64,000 nucleotides of DNA from the human T2T-CHM13v2.0 reference genome, Homo sapiens (GCF_009914755.1 NC_060934.1), one strand, 5' to 3'; shown: positions 1 to 13,190, counted from the stretch's first letter. The notes: generated from the letters alone by a model not told the origin. Numbers and translations: made by a program.

Positions 1-650
1 TTGTGCTTCCTGTCCCCAAAACTTTAGATTCTGTGGGTCAAGTGTTCTTGGCTTTCACTGGGGTAATACTTCATCAGTGGACACAAAGTCCCATTGTACT
101 TCACACTACAGCTGCCACTCAGTCACTTCAGTCTCCTTATGCCAAGAGACCAGTGGAAAAAGAGTCACTAAACTAGCAAGACCATTGACCCTGATCATCA
201 GGAGGAGGTAGAACTTTGTCACAGAACACAGGGAAGAATGTTTGGCACACAGGTGATCTGATGGGATGTTTCCTGATGCTCTCATATCTAGTTTTAACAG
301 TAAGCAGACAAGAACAGAAGCTAGGGCTGGGATAGACATGGGGACCAGGGACTCAGAATCTTGGAGTCAAGGGTCTGGGTCACCCCATCAGACAGTCTGC
401 CTAGACCACATGGCTGCTGGCAGTGGCTGAGGCAATTCTAGAATGAGGACAGGGTAGAGAAAAGGGTGAAATGTCAGTTACCTCAGGCTTGAGATCTATT
501 GCAGCTGCACTGACTATAGTTTGCTGATTAACCTTATAAGTTTCCCCAGTAATAAAGGCCAATGAGAATCCTGGAATTGTCGAGTACTGGGTGGATGAAC
601 TTACCCCAAGCGGCAAGTGGATCTGAGTAGCACAAAGGGTGGCCCATAAT
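1..650 (+). mobile_element. Degenerate ERVL/MaLR-type internal sequence (3' region)
   Basis: Recalled similarity of 'ccattgaccctgatcatcaggaggaggtag' and 'gtagcacaaagggtgg' to ERVL-class internal consensus; no intact ORF. Confidence 0.45.
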
Positions 651-1370
651 ACTCTAGTGCTCCACCCATATCTCCTCTTTAGGACCAAGGGCCAACAAAC
701 CCATCCTCCAACTGCTGTGATTTTTGGTCACACGTTTTATATCCTTAACCACAAATATGAGCTGAATTAAATCCTCAACCCACAACCAGAATGAGTCTTA
801 ATAATTTGCTAAATCTTAAAATTGACACCATAATTTGAGCACCCCCACCCCAAATTTGAGAACACATAGGCAACTGGTTCAAACTGGAATCCAACCAAAC
901 CAGAACATCAAATTTTCTCAGATGTGAATCCAAACCAGAAGTTCAGACACTTCGCATATATAGCCCGGGTAGACTCTCTGTGGCCTTAGCAGTCCTTGCT
1001 AATTAGAAGCTCCTGTATTGCCTCTGGGAGCTTAGCTGCCAAGCATCTTCCCAATTGTGCTCCCAAATGAAGGTAAGGTAAATGGCTAGAATTTTTAAAA
1101 ATTAACTTATGCTCAGTTATCTATTTGGTTCAGAGGTGAAAGAAAACATTAGTGGTTTTTCAAAAGGTAGTTCCACACCCAGCACCATCATACCCTCCAA
1201 GTTACATGGTAAAAATAAATGATGCCTGTCTGTGGTTAATTGTGAAGCCATCTCAGTTCTCATCTGATGTAGCCTAATGAAGGCTCTGAATACCAAGAGT
1301 GAAATCTTAACCTTAACAAATGACCTTGCCTCACAGTTCAGGCACAATTTTTAGGTTTCTCATCCAAGGC

Positions 1371-1386
1371 GGGGGGGGGGGGGGGG
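1371..1386 (+). repeat. G16 homopolymer
   Basis: 16 consecutive G. Confidence 0.95.
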
Positions 1387-1459
1387 ATTTAAAAATCAGT
1401 ATTCATATGAAAAATTATTCTTAGAAGGCCTTAAGATTGTTGCTCACACAAGAGATGCA

Positions 1460-1585
1460 GGTCTATGTTTATGCACCATGAGAACGGGAACCATGCTTGA
1501 TTCATCTTTGTGTCCAGCACAACACTTAGCATAGTTGCCTAGTGCGCAGCAGGAGATCAAGAAATAATTATTGAATAAATGAATG
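1460..1585 (+). mobile_element. L2 3' end
   Basis: Ends in typical L2 tail 'ttattgaataaatgaatga'. Confidence 0.65.
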
Positions 1586-1909
1586 AGGCTGCAAAGTTCC
1601 ACGAGCCATCCTGGTTGCTGGCAACCCTTGAGGGGAATTTGGGCAAGACACTTTAAAAGTGTAGCTTGCCCAAGTAAGAAAAAGCTCTTTTCAAGATCTA
1701 CTCTGTCAGGACCGCTGCCACTTTGTTTTCATTGGGCATGGGAATCTGGCTCTACCATCCTCCACACCTGCTCAACTCAGGTTAACGGTATCTGAGGTAG
1801 TTCTTCTTAGAACTTTAAAATGGTAGCAAAAAGACCAGTTTAGAAGGAATGAGCCACATTGTAGGATGATTTTCTGAGTTTATTTAACAGCTTGAGCTTG
1901 AATACATAC

Positions 1910-1947
<38 letters not shown>
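1910..1947. repeat. (TG)n microsatellite
   Basis: Direct observation. Confidence 0.95.
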
Positions 1948-1949
<2 letters not shown>

Positions 1950-4799
1950 TGCATGTGTATATGTGCCAATCAGATTCTCCCAGGAATTTTAGATTTGCGC
2001 AGAGAGACAGTGGTTGGGAGTTGGTAGCTAAATCATTAATGGCAGCGAACCCTTTGGAGGCACTTGTGATTTTCAGCCTCTGAGGTCCTGGGAACTGCCC
2101 TGGGCTACTTCTCCCTGAGGGAGGTTAAGTTGTTCAACTCTTCCTTGTAAGACGCTTCCCTCCAGTAAATTTACTCTTTTACCTATATTCTTTCCAACTG
2201 GTTTTTGTTATCTGCAAATGGAAGAAAGGCATTTTGGAGAAACCTGTGGATCTGAGCTGGGCTCTGGAAGAATGGTGGGGTGGAGGAAGGAGAGCCGAGT
2301 GGAGAGGTCAGGGGAAGGCTCTTAAGGCAATCAATCACCTTTCTGCCCTGAGTCAGCTATGGACAAGAGGCTGCCAAGCAGAGAGTTGACTCAGCAGAGG
2401 ACTGCAAGGGGCCACCCTGAGTGAGGCTGGTTTTTAAATACTCATTTCAAAAGCAATTGAACGCTCTCTTTCCCCTCTCCTGTGCTTAGGTATGTCTTCT
2501 ACAGTTCTTGTTCCAATCACTTGAAGTCCTTTGTGTCTCCTGCCTCTGCTTCTTCCAAGGCACCTACTAATGTCCAATGAGGCCACAGGGTCTTCTCTTT
2601 GATCCCAGGATATTTCTGTGAATTATTAGCCTTTTTATTGAACCTAAGGAAGGAATTCAAATGGTGATTTAATTCGTGCCTTTCTCCCCTCCTGCCCCTT
2701 CCCAAGTATCCCATTGTGGGAATTTTGGAGACAAACCCTGCCTCTGATTCAAGCCATGTATGTAAATGAATTTATTGGATGCCACTGAGAAGGCTACATT
2801 AGGAAAGGGAAGAGAGTTGTGAATTTAAGAAAAACTACAACAAATCTATGTGGGAGGAGGGAAGGAAAAAAGGAGGAATTTGGACCATTTATTTGCAGCA
2901 TGTCTTACTGACAGTTAAATACAGTGGTTTGTTCTGTTTTCTGCCACTCGAGGGTTATTTAATTAAATTCATGACCTAGGATGCTAACCAGCCCCACATC
3001 TAAAATAATTGCTTCTCTGTTGGTGAGATGTAAAGCCGGGATTGATTTTCCCCTGGCCGATAGCTCTCCTTTCTGACTCATGAATGTCATCTCCACTCCC
3101 TGCCCCATGTAATTTGATCTCTGTATTTGATCCCTATTTAGTAGTACACTTGCCAAACAGATGTCTGAGTAATTAAAATCCCACATGGGCACACTCGTCA
3201 GTGAGTTACATCTATTTAATAGTCAGCTTAGAAACTTTTCACCCTTTGGCTTTTCTCCCATCCTGGTGTCGTATGTCAGTAGCCTTTAGCAGGATTTAAC
3301 TATTAGAGTTCAAACCTGCTGTTTGTTTTCCTGCATTCATAGACACTCTCTTTTTGTTTTTTGACTGCATTTTCTTCACAAGTCCCTGATCTCTTTCTCC
3401 TTCAACTCACCTGGATTTTCTCTATGGTTTTACGCCAGCATTCAAATTCTCATTGGATGAGTCATCCTATATTTCATTCATGCCAACACTGGCAATTAAA
3501 AAAAAAAACAGAACAATGTTGTTATAACCATGGATTAAGAGTGCCTTTTTTTTTTCCCCTGGAGGCATAGCCAAAATATTTCAGTCTGAACAATCCTCCA
3601 ATTTTTTTTAAAACTATTTGAGATCACATACTGAAAACCTGTTTGGTTGCTACAGGTCTCACTGAAGGATTTTGATGGGACAGAATTATAGAAGGAAAGA
3701 ATACGTATTTGAAGAAGGCAAGGAAGGTCAAGAAGGGCTGATTATAGGAAATGTGTTCACTTTTGAGAGAGGATTTAGATGGACACTTATTTAAAAAATG
3801 TTGAATTGAATACGAATACCACACAGACAAGGTTCTTATGATAAATCCTATGCTACCAAGTAACATTTCATCCAACTTGGGAATGCTGTCATTTGCGGTA
3901 GATAAAAGAATTTCCCTTATAGTTGATGATGCATATTGATTTTAAATTCCAAAGAACTAAACATTGTGAACTAAGTATAGAATATATATGCATCTGTTCT
4001 GATACCCGTCAAACTGGACTTAAACAAAATCCGATAAATGAGGAGGTCATAAGTCATAGCAAAAGGATTCTTTATTTTCCTACTTTTAAACAGATGGAGT
4101 GCTAGTGGGTTTAGCATGAATCATTTTATAAAAGTAAGTTTCTCAGAACATGCATGTTTCTTGTGAAGTTCCTTTGTACTCACAGTATTTCAGAATAAAA
4201 AAAAATGTGATCGAAAAAACAAGCAACAAGTTCAGAGGTTAACGGATGTTGTTTTAGTTCTATGTGAACAAATTCTAAAAGTATTTGTACAAACTTTATT
4301 ACCATGATGGTATTTAAAAGCTAGGTGAAAATCCTATTGCTCAGTGGGAACTTCATCTTAGTGGTTTGTACACAACTTCCGGTCTTGTTATCTAAACTAA
4401 CAAAGGTCATGTAAATAAACAGACATAAATTAACAGCATGAGTCTTAAACAGTGACATGGACTAGGAGTTAGTATTTCAGGAAGGTAGATAGCTTCCAAA
4501 TAATGGAAATGCTATGGGTGTGATTTTTCTCAATGTTTATTATCTAGTATTATTAAACCCCTTGCTGGCTCATGAACTGGTATGATTTTCATTCTTGCTG
4601 TGCTCAGGATAACCTTCCCCTGCCTGTTCCCCAGCTCCCTTCCCTTCAATGCAGCTTGTGTTTAATCTATTTAAAGTTCAGGGCACTTTTTTTTTCTGTG
4701 ATTCAAGCTTTTTAAGCCTTGTTTTCCCTCCAGTCATTCCTTACCACGTGTCTATCCATGCCCTGCTCTCTGTCTCTTTCAGATATTTTTTTTAAAAGG

Positions 4800-5200
4800 T
4801 GATTAATTCCAATAACACATTTCTAGCTTCCCGTTGTCTTAGTGTAAATTGGGGAGAATATTTCCTGACCTCATCACAAAGAAGTTGTGAAGGTCAAATG
4901 AGCTCTTGTGTATGAAAGGGCTTTGTACATAGCTACTGGCTTCACATAGCCAAGGAGCTTCTGCTCCAGCCCCAGCTACCTGCCTGGCTCAAATACAGCT
5001 TATACAACTTGCTAGCTGTGTGAACTTCAGCAAGCTATGTAACTTTTCTGTGGAACTTCAGTTCCATAAAGTGGAAAATGGGGATCATAAATGTACTTAA
5101 ATCCTGGGGTTGTTTGGTGATGGTTACGTGAGAGGATTCATGCATATTATGAGGTCAGAACATGATTAGGACAGTTTCAGTTTTAAGCCCCCAGTAAGTG
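4800..5200. mobile_element. MIR fragments
   Basis: MIR-core-like 'gctagctgtgtgaacttcagcaagctatgtaacttttctgtg' and 'gttgtgaaggtcaaatgag'. Confidence 0.5.
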
Positions 5201-7339
5201 CTAGTACAAGTGCAGGGATCAGACGGTGTTTCCCCCTTGAAGTCGGTGTAACCCCCTCACAGGCTCATCTCTCTCTAGCTCGAGGCGAAAGCTAGGTTGT
5301 AACCCTTGGGCGTGGTCTGTCACAACTAAGGATGAGGGCGGGTGTAGGGATCCTGGCTGAGCACATGTCTTTTGAGGATTGCCAGGTACTTTTAACAGCT
5401 GTTTCTCTTTCTCTAAATAGTGTTCACTGGGCTTGGATTCTCCTTTAATGACTTTATTTCGAATGACTTGTTTATGTCAACTTTTTTCAGTTTGCCGCCT
5501 ACTTATGCTTAAAGCCACAAAAATACCTCCTTCCTAATCTGGAAAATGGGAATAGTAAGAGTATCTACCCCTGGGGTTGTAATGAGATCAACTGAACTTC
5601 TTCCAAAGGATATAAGGAGTATAATATTCTAGGAAGCTTTTGAAAAATAAACTGGAGAAGAAAGCATTTCCAGATGTTACCTTGAACACAGGAAATGAGG
5701 TGAGAAGAAACAAAACAAAACATACAATAAAAACCTAACATTCTAAAAATTCAGTAAGTTAGTGATTCTTCCAAATGAGCTCTCCTCTCAAAGTGGTTCT
5801 CTGAATTTAAGCTCAATGATGCTGTTGTTGCCCAAAAGGTTTTGGGATTTCTTCTTTCAAAAGGGTTGTTAAGGACCTGTATGTAAATACTAACTCTTCC
5901 ACTTTATGATAGTCATGACAAATATCTTTCTACTTCACAACTTCTAATTTGATATTGTTATAATTTTTGGTATACAGATGCTTTAAATGATTATTGCAGA
6001 TAAATCTATGAGTTCTTCCATTGTTTTGTGGTTAGTTCTTTCCCATCCCAAAATCACTTAGCTATCCATTTAGATTTTTTTTTTAACTTCTTTTATAGTT
6101 CAGTTTTCACATTTATCTTTTTATCTGGAAAGTATTTCAGTAGACTGCATGAAATGAACATGTAATCTGATTTTTTTTTCCCAAATGGTTGGCCAGTTTT
6201 CCTAGTGCCAGTTATTGAATAATCCATGTCTTCTCCATTAGTGATGCTTCATTTATTGGAATATTGAGTTTTCTTTCAGGGCTATCTGTTCTGAAATATT
6301 TGTCAATCTTTCCTCAGTAGTTCAATATTATTGTAATTATTATGGCTTTATAATATGTATTAACATCTGGTAGAGTAAATCTCATGTTATTATTCTTTCT
6401 TTTCAAAGTATTCTGGCTACTCTGTTTTTTCCTCCAGATGGAAATACATTTTTTCAACTTCTAAAAATGTCCCGTTGGAATTTTAGTTACAATTGCAAAT
6501 TAAGGGATAGATATCTTTGTCTAGGAGCATAATATATTTCTCAATCTATTCAAATACTTTTGCTTTCATTTTTTTCTCTTTTTCTTTGTATAAATCCCTT
6601 TCAGTTCTTGCCAATATTATTTATATGTCAATAGAATCTTTTTAAGACATATATTTGTTCCCAGGTTCCAACACCCCAAAAAAGTTATATTTCCCAATAG
6701 GTTATTGCTAGATCAGTAGAAAGTTATTGATTTTAATAATTATTTTATAATAGATTTTCAATCAAGTTTCTTAAGTTTTCTAGGCAAAAAGTATCTGCAA
6801 ATGCAATTTTTCTACTGCTTTGCAATATTTTCCTTAGTATTTCTGTTTCTTGTCTTATTACAGAATGACTTCAGCATAATTTTAAATAATAGTGGTGAAA
6901 GCAGGCATATTTATACCTGCTTTTAATGAAAATGCCTGTCTGTCATTGAGTATGGAAATTTAAAAATATACACAGAAGTAAATGAAAGCCTAATGTGCCT
7001 CTCACCTAGCCTCAACAATTATCAACATTTTTGAACACACTTTTAGTGGAATTATAAATTAATGCAGTCTTTTGAATATTAATTTGGAAATAGCTATCCA
7101 AATATTGATCTGCAATTCTATTGCTAGGCATTAATCCAACAAGTACACCTGCATCAATGGGCAAAGACATTCAAGGATGCTCTAAATGTATGTAATTGCA
7201 GAAAACAAGAAAATAGTCTAAATGGTCCCTAATAGGTGAGTGAAAAATCACGGTTCATTCATATAACTGTACTTAACCACTACGAAAAATTTTGGTAGGT
7301 CTATATGTGCTGATGTGGGAAGATGTACAAAGTACTTTA

Positions 7340-7543
<204 letters not shown>

Positions 7544-7927
7544 CTTCAGAGAGAAGGTGTAAAGTTAATTTGGCTGTCTTACCAGTACCATTATTATTTT
7601 TATAAAATCTTATTAAAAGATACGATGTTGGCTATCAGTTTAACATTTACTAAAAGTTTTTAAAAAATATAGTTGTTTTAATTGGGAATAGGTGCTAGAT
7701 TTTTATCACTTATCGAGATAATAAGGTTTTTATTCTTATATAATCTAAATGTATTTTTATATAAACTATTTTCCTGGTATTGAAATATCCTGGCATTTCT
7801 AGGATAAAATCTACCTGATTGTTTAAAATGACTGACTTTATTGAATTTAATTTGCTGGCATTTTTGGTATTTTGGGGGGAATTCTGGCATTGAGTTTCTT
7901 ATGTGAACTTTTATTTTTTGAGTGCCC

Positions 7928-8209
7928 TTTCTTTTTCTTTTTTTTGAGACGGGGTCTTGCTCTGTTACCCAGGCTGGAGTACAGTGATGAGATCATGGCT
8001 CACTGCAGCCTTGACCTATCAAGCTCATATGATCCTCCCACTTCATCTTTCCGAGTAGTTAGGACTGCAGGAGCCTACCACCAGCCAGGCCCAGATAATT
8101 TTTTACTCTTTGTATAGATAGGGTCTCTTGGAACTCCTGGGCTCAAGCGATCTTCCCCCCTTAGTTTCCCAAAGTGCTGGGATTACAGGTGTGAGCCATC
8201 ATGCTTGGC
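7928..8209 (-). mobile_element. AluJ
   Basis: Antisense Alu with poly-T head. Confidence 0.9.
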
Positions 8210-8502
8210 GTATACCATTTTTGATAGGTTTTATAATAAAAGTGGTTTCACTCACAAAAAACTTAAATTTTAGTGTCTTTATTCATTTAGAAAGGGGATT
8301 TTATGTCTTTCAAAATTTGCAAGAATTTGCCTAAAGCCTCTCTTGGTCTTTAGGCGTTTTAAAATTTCTCCCCTAGCTTTGATCTACTTAGTTTTTCTAC
8401 TCCTAGATTCAATTTGGGTGATTTATGGTTTTCCAGAAAAAAATGTTTAGCACATAGCTAATTTCACATAGCAGTCTCATATAATTTATAAAAAGTCTCC
8501 AT

Positions 8503-8811
<309 letters not shown>

Positions 8812-9019
8812 TCATCAGCGATTTCTCCATTTTCTTGATCTTTTTCCAAAGAATTACCTTTGGAGTTGATCAAAAACATTGTTTCTAATCATTAATTTCT
8901 GCTCCAAAGTTTCCCTAATCCTCCATTTCTTGGAGTTTAATTTTTAAAAAACCATTAATCAGTTCACTTATTTTTACTCTTTCTAGTTCAATTTTTCCCT
9001 GCCAAATGATGTTACTAAA

Positions 9020-9215
9020 CTCAGTGTGGTTTCAAATGACTTGAGTATTTCTAAAAATCTGCTCTCCGAGGAGGAAGATTTGCTATCACTGATGATGTCA
9101 TTTAAAAGAATGTGACTCAGACTCTTGTGGCAAATTTCTAAAGAATTCTAAAAATGTTTGAGTAATGGGAACACAATTGCAGCAAGCTTATGACCTACTC
9201 TGAAGGAGCCAATTT
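9020..9215 (+). mobile_element. MARNA-like ancient mariner relic
   Basis: Recalled similarity: 'gatttgctatcactgatgatgtcatttaaaagaatgtg...ttctaaaaatgtttgagtaatgg...cctactctgaagg'. Confidence 0.55.
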
Positions 9216-10429
9216 GTAAAACCTGCACGTTTGCTGAACATTATCTGCCCTTATATATTTAGAAATAATCAAGTGCTAGGAATTAAAGAGGAGCTCTCAC
9301 TTTTGTTTATTGGGATGCCTTCTGATACTGCATGTCTATGACCCAAGATATTCTTAATATTTTTCTTTTTGTGAAAATGTATTTAAACACATCATGTGTA
9401 CAGCCTGGCTTCATTTTTGCTCCCAACAGAAATTAATCTCAGATGAAACATTTTTCAAAAAAAGATTAAAAACTGTTCACATGCTAGGATGACCAAGTTT
9501 TCCTTGCAAAAACCAATTCACTATGATGATGTGGATGAAGGCAGAATGTGTTATTAAAAATAATTAAGTGCTCTGATAGGCCACAATTATAAGCGATAAA
9601 AATATTCTCTAATAAAATGTATTGTGCCAATAGAAAGGTAGATTGCAGGTGTGACCTTTGGCAAGGTATGTAGTAGAACTTATTAGAGCCATGTGTTTGT
9701 AGATTATGTAACAGTTTTTAAGTGGTCAGGAAGGGGAGGATTTTGTGGTCAGAAAAGTGGAACTGCCCTATTTAACATATGACCCTGGCCATTCCCATCC
9801 CAAATTACTGTTGATCAAGTTACAGATAGTTGGGAAGCCCAGGTGAAAGGGAAGCCTAGAATAAGGCCCGACAAAATTGCAATAAACAGTAGGCCACAAA
9901 GCCAGTGGCCATTATCATTAAAAACACTTACTGAAGTATTTAATATAGAAAATAATGTCAAGAAAAATTGTTTTGCAAAGCACTATGAACCAGAAATCAC
10001 TTAAAAAGGCTTTAACATATCCTCCCCTGATGTCTTTAGGAAAGCTAGAACATGACCAAAAACATAAGTAGACCTCCCCAGACTAACAGCTTTATGATCA
10101 TTATTTGAAAGCATTTTGTTTTGCATTTGCATGCATCTCAGGTTTAAGTTTCCAAATTTTTAAAGCATTTAAGTGCTAATGCTCTAGGAATTTACTCTTG
10201 AGAATAAACACCACTAGGAACCAATAAATGGAAGCCCAAACTTTTACTGTCTCTAGCAACTTCAAACAGGGGCATACCTATAAAAATTTATATATTCAGC
10301 ATTGGTCTCAATTGGGTTGCCTTTTACAGAAGCACTTTAATGGGACAGTAAACCAGAGCCCAGAGGAAACAAAAATCCTAATTTTGTGTTGTGGTTGCCA
10401 AATTTTCAGAAAAGCACAGATCTAAAGCC

Positions 10430-10780
10430 CAAAGGCTGCTAAATTGATTCACATGAACAGAGCCTGAGGCCAAGTTTAAGTGCGAAGATTTTATTAGGCG
10501 GTACAATTCCAAGGTGGTAAGGGTGAAAGGAAAGGCGAAGGCAGGCAAATACATTATTGAGCTGAAAACAACTTTACATTCAAGGACAGCTTCCAGACAA
10601 GCCATGTAGAACCAGCATGCCTTGGGACTGTGTGGATGGCAGGGAGACGAGTTTCTATGCTGACCACTTCATGCTTTCTGCCCCCTTTGGGGAAAGTATG
10701 CCTCACGGACCTCTAACTCTCCCACTTCTCTGGGGGCAGCACCTGACCCCTCCCGGCAACTGCTAGGCAAGAGCATTCTG
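10430..10780 (-). mobile_element. Old ERVL LTR (LTR33/LTR16-like)
   Basis: 'cagagcctgaggccaagtttaagtgcgaagattttattagg' resembles antisense LTR33-class sequence. Confidence 0.45.
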
Positions 10781-10798
10781 TTCCTTCAAATTTCTCAC

Positions 10799-10869
10799 CT
10801 GAGTCTGAGTCAGAGCATCCCATCATCAGAGCCTCTGTCAGGGAGGCAGTGCTGAAGCATGACCTTCAC
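10799..10869 (-). ncRNA. Candidate internal exon of a minus-strand lncRNA from island 1
   Basis: Acceptor CCTCCCCCAG| and donor CAG|GTGAGA bound a 71-nt segment. Confidence 0.3.
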
Positions 10870-12000
10870 CTGGGGGAGGCTGTCGGGAGATGGCACTGGA
10901 GGCCAGGCCTCTACCCTAAGCGAGAGGTGCAGGCCGGGGTGGAGGTGGACGGTGGGACAGAGTAAATCCGGGGAAGCACATCAACCGGGTCTGGTAGGGC
11001 ATAGCCTTCTTGGACCTGAGCCATTCCTACTGCTGATGTCCACTGCTTCTCAATCGAGAAACAGCACGGATTCAGCTCTCAGATTTTGTAAACTGTGATT
11101 TTCTCCCTTATTCCTCAACAACCACCTAGCCACGACCTTCTTTAACTCTTCCCCCAACCCCGAAACTTTTGAGGAAATGACTTTTCTTATAATTTGAATG
11201 TTAATAAACCGTACCCATTTAGAAACTACAGTTTGATGATTTGGGGCGACTGTATACGTCATGTTGCCGCCGCTCCTATTAAGATATGAAATTGTCCCAC
11301 CACTGCCCCAAAGTTCCCCCGCTCCTGTGCATTCCATTCTGTCCTGTTCCACTCCTTTCCCAGGCAACTGCTTTGCATCGCCACTGTTGCTTCTTCTAGA
11401 ATGTCCTATAAATGGACATCAGACCGACTATGGCTTTTTGGGTTCTTCCCCCCACAGCATCGTGTTTTTCAGCTCCACCCACGTGGTTTTGGGTATTAAT
11501 CCTATGGTAGAACTAGCTAGATGCTGGAGAACTCATTATGCGCCGGTAGGTAATTTTAACCTGCATCGTCTCATCTCTATTCTGTCACAATAGAGGAAAC
11601 TGAGGCACGCCCGGCGTGTGGGCGTGTGAGGGGGCACCGGGCCGACTTCCGCCCGTCAGTAGGCCTGGACCTGCTGGCACCCGCTGTCAAGATAGGGCCT
11701 GGCGTCGCGGCGAGGCATCAGCTCGGGCAGAAGCACAGCCCAGGAAGTGGGCGCGTCGCAAGCTCCACACCCAACCAAACCCGGGCAGAGGGCTCGGTGG
11801 GCGCGAGGCCGAGGGCCCAAGAGGCCGGGGCCGCTACCCCCTCGCCCCTGGGACGGCCTCCGGGTCTCCTTGCTCCAGCAGACAGGCCCGCGGCGGCTAC
11901 TCCGAGGCGCAGGGGCAAGGCCGCAGCGGGCAGCGGAGGCCGAAACAGAGAACACACACAACGCGGACCGACAGCAGTCACCGCAGGGGTCGCCGGGGCG

Positions 12001-12031
12001 CGGCTCTATAAAGCCTCGGCTCTATAAAGCC
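12001..12031. promoter_or_regulatory. Tandem duplicated TATA-like element (CGGCTCTATAAAGCC x2, 16-bp period)
   Basis: Exact 15-bp copies at 12001-12015 and 12017-12031, each containing TATAAAG. Confidence 0.6.
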
Positions 12032-12053
12032 GCGCTAAGCCGCATCGCGCTGC

Positions 12054-12196
12054 ACGTTTCCTTCCGCGCGGGGCCGGCGCTACTTCCCGCCTTACCAGGC
12101 CGCCGTGCCGGGAGGAACTGAGACGTCTGCAAGGCCGCAACATCTCGCAGCAGCTTTTCGCCTGCTTCCTCCGCTCGCTCTAGAGGGCACAGCAAG
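12054..12196 (+). ncRNA. Candidate first exon of a plus-strand transcript
   Basis: CA dinucleotide 31 nt after the second TATA; donor AAG|GTGCGG at 12196/12197. Confidence 0.25.
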
Positions 12197-12250
12197 GTGC
12201 GGGGCTCAACCTGCCGCTTCCCCAAGACGGAGGTGGCCGCCACGCTCCCG
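12096..12250 (-). ncRNA. Candidate first exon of a minus-strand transcript (TSS uncertain)
   Basis: Strong donor CTG|GTAAGG at 12096/12095 inside the CpG island. Confidence 0.4.
12177..12190 (+). promoter_or_regulatory. CTCF-like motif GCTCTAGAGGGCAC
   Basis: Close match to the CCASYAGRKGGCRS core. Confidence 0.35.
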
Positions 12251-12278
12251 CCCGCTGTAAACGTCCGAGCGGGAAGAG

Positions 12279-12323
12279 CGGCCTCTGGTTTCTGTGGTAT
12301 CGGCTTCTGGTTTCTGTGGTATC
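12279..12323. repeat. 22-bp tandem duplication CGGC(C/T)TCTGGTTTCTGTGGTAT x2
   Basis: Copies at 12279-12300 and 12301-12322, one mismatch. Confidence 0.9.
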
Positions 12324-13044
12324 CGGAGACTTCGTTTCCCGGCGCGAGGGAAACAAAGATGCTGGCGTGGAGCGGCCTGCCCGCCGCTATTGTCTGGCTG
12401 CCTGACAGGGAGCGGCCGCTTTCGCTTTCTTCTGCCGAATGGAACGTGGTGACTCGGGAGCCGCGGAGCGCCTTTCGAGGCAGCTTTGTCTGCGGAAAGG
12501 GAGCGCTGCGGACGGCCTGTCGGAATGGTCACCGCCCGCTTTCCGCGGGAGGCGCGCCGGGCACCGCTGGGCGATTTCTCCGCCTCAGCGAAAGAAAGGA
12601 GAAGCCGGCATTTGTGGCCGCCCAGTCTTCGTTCCGATTTGAGCCCTGGCGTCGGCGGGAGGTGACAGTGCTGTCCGCGCGCACCCCCTCCGTCGCCGTC
12701 AGGGTCGTGCTCCTTAGGTTTCCTGCGGTTTTTCTGCTGCTCTGAGACGGTCTCTGGGACCAAGTTCTCACAGCATCGTCTTCTCCTCTCGCAAATAATC
12801 TTTTTATGATGTTTGTTCTGCTGAATCCACCGGACGCCTCAGACACGGGCCCTGACGGCATCGCCGGCCTGGGGGAGGCGTGGAGAGAGGGGAGGAAGGC
12901 GGGAGGGCTGTGGGGCTGCTAGCTGATTTGGGGATCCCATCATCTTCGAATTTTTATGCAGAGCCCATGGAAGCGCCTGGTCAGAGAAGCGGGAGGAAAC
13001 CGAACCTAAGAAAGGGGCTTGGAGTCAGCAGTGAAGAATCTATT

Positions 13045-13190
13045 GTTTATTTTAGTTTTGTTTTTAGATTCAGGAGGTAGAAGTGCAGCTTTGTTGCTTC
13101 CAGGTATTGCAGAGTGGTGAAGTCTGGGCTTTCAGTGCTGCCCCCACCCAAATAGTGTCCTTTGGACCCATTAGGTAATTTCTCATCCCT
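13045..13190 (-). mobile_element. L1PB-like 3' end
   Basis: 'ttttagattcaggaggta...ccattaggtaatttctcatccctc'. Confidence 0.7.

Larger units (their letters stand above)
11605..12900. promoter_or_regulatory. CpG island 1, probable bidirectional/overlapping promoter
   Basis: Dense CpG and high GC; ETS motifs (ACTTCCG 11645, CAGGAAGTG ~11742); E2F-like TTCCCGCC (~12084); splice donors on both strands. Confidence 0.9.

Noticed and set aside
9519-9580. C/D-box snoRNA-like arrangement (ATGATGA at 9523, CTGA at 9573)
   Set aside because: Only 54 nt from box to box; the terminal stem is out of register for a K-turn; no recognisable rRNA guide.
11616-12861. Multiple 100-185-aa ORFs on both strands in island 1
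   Set aside because: Typical CpG-island artefacts; no recognisable protein family.
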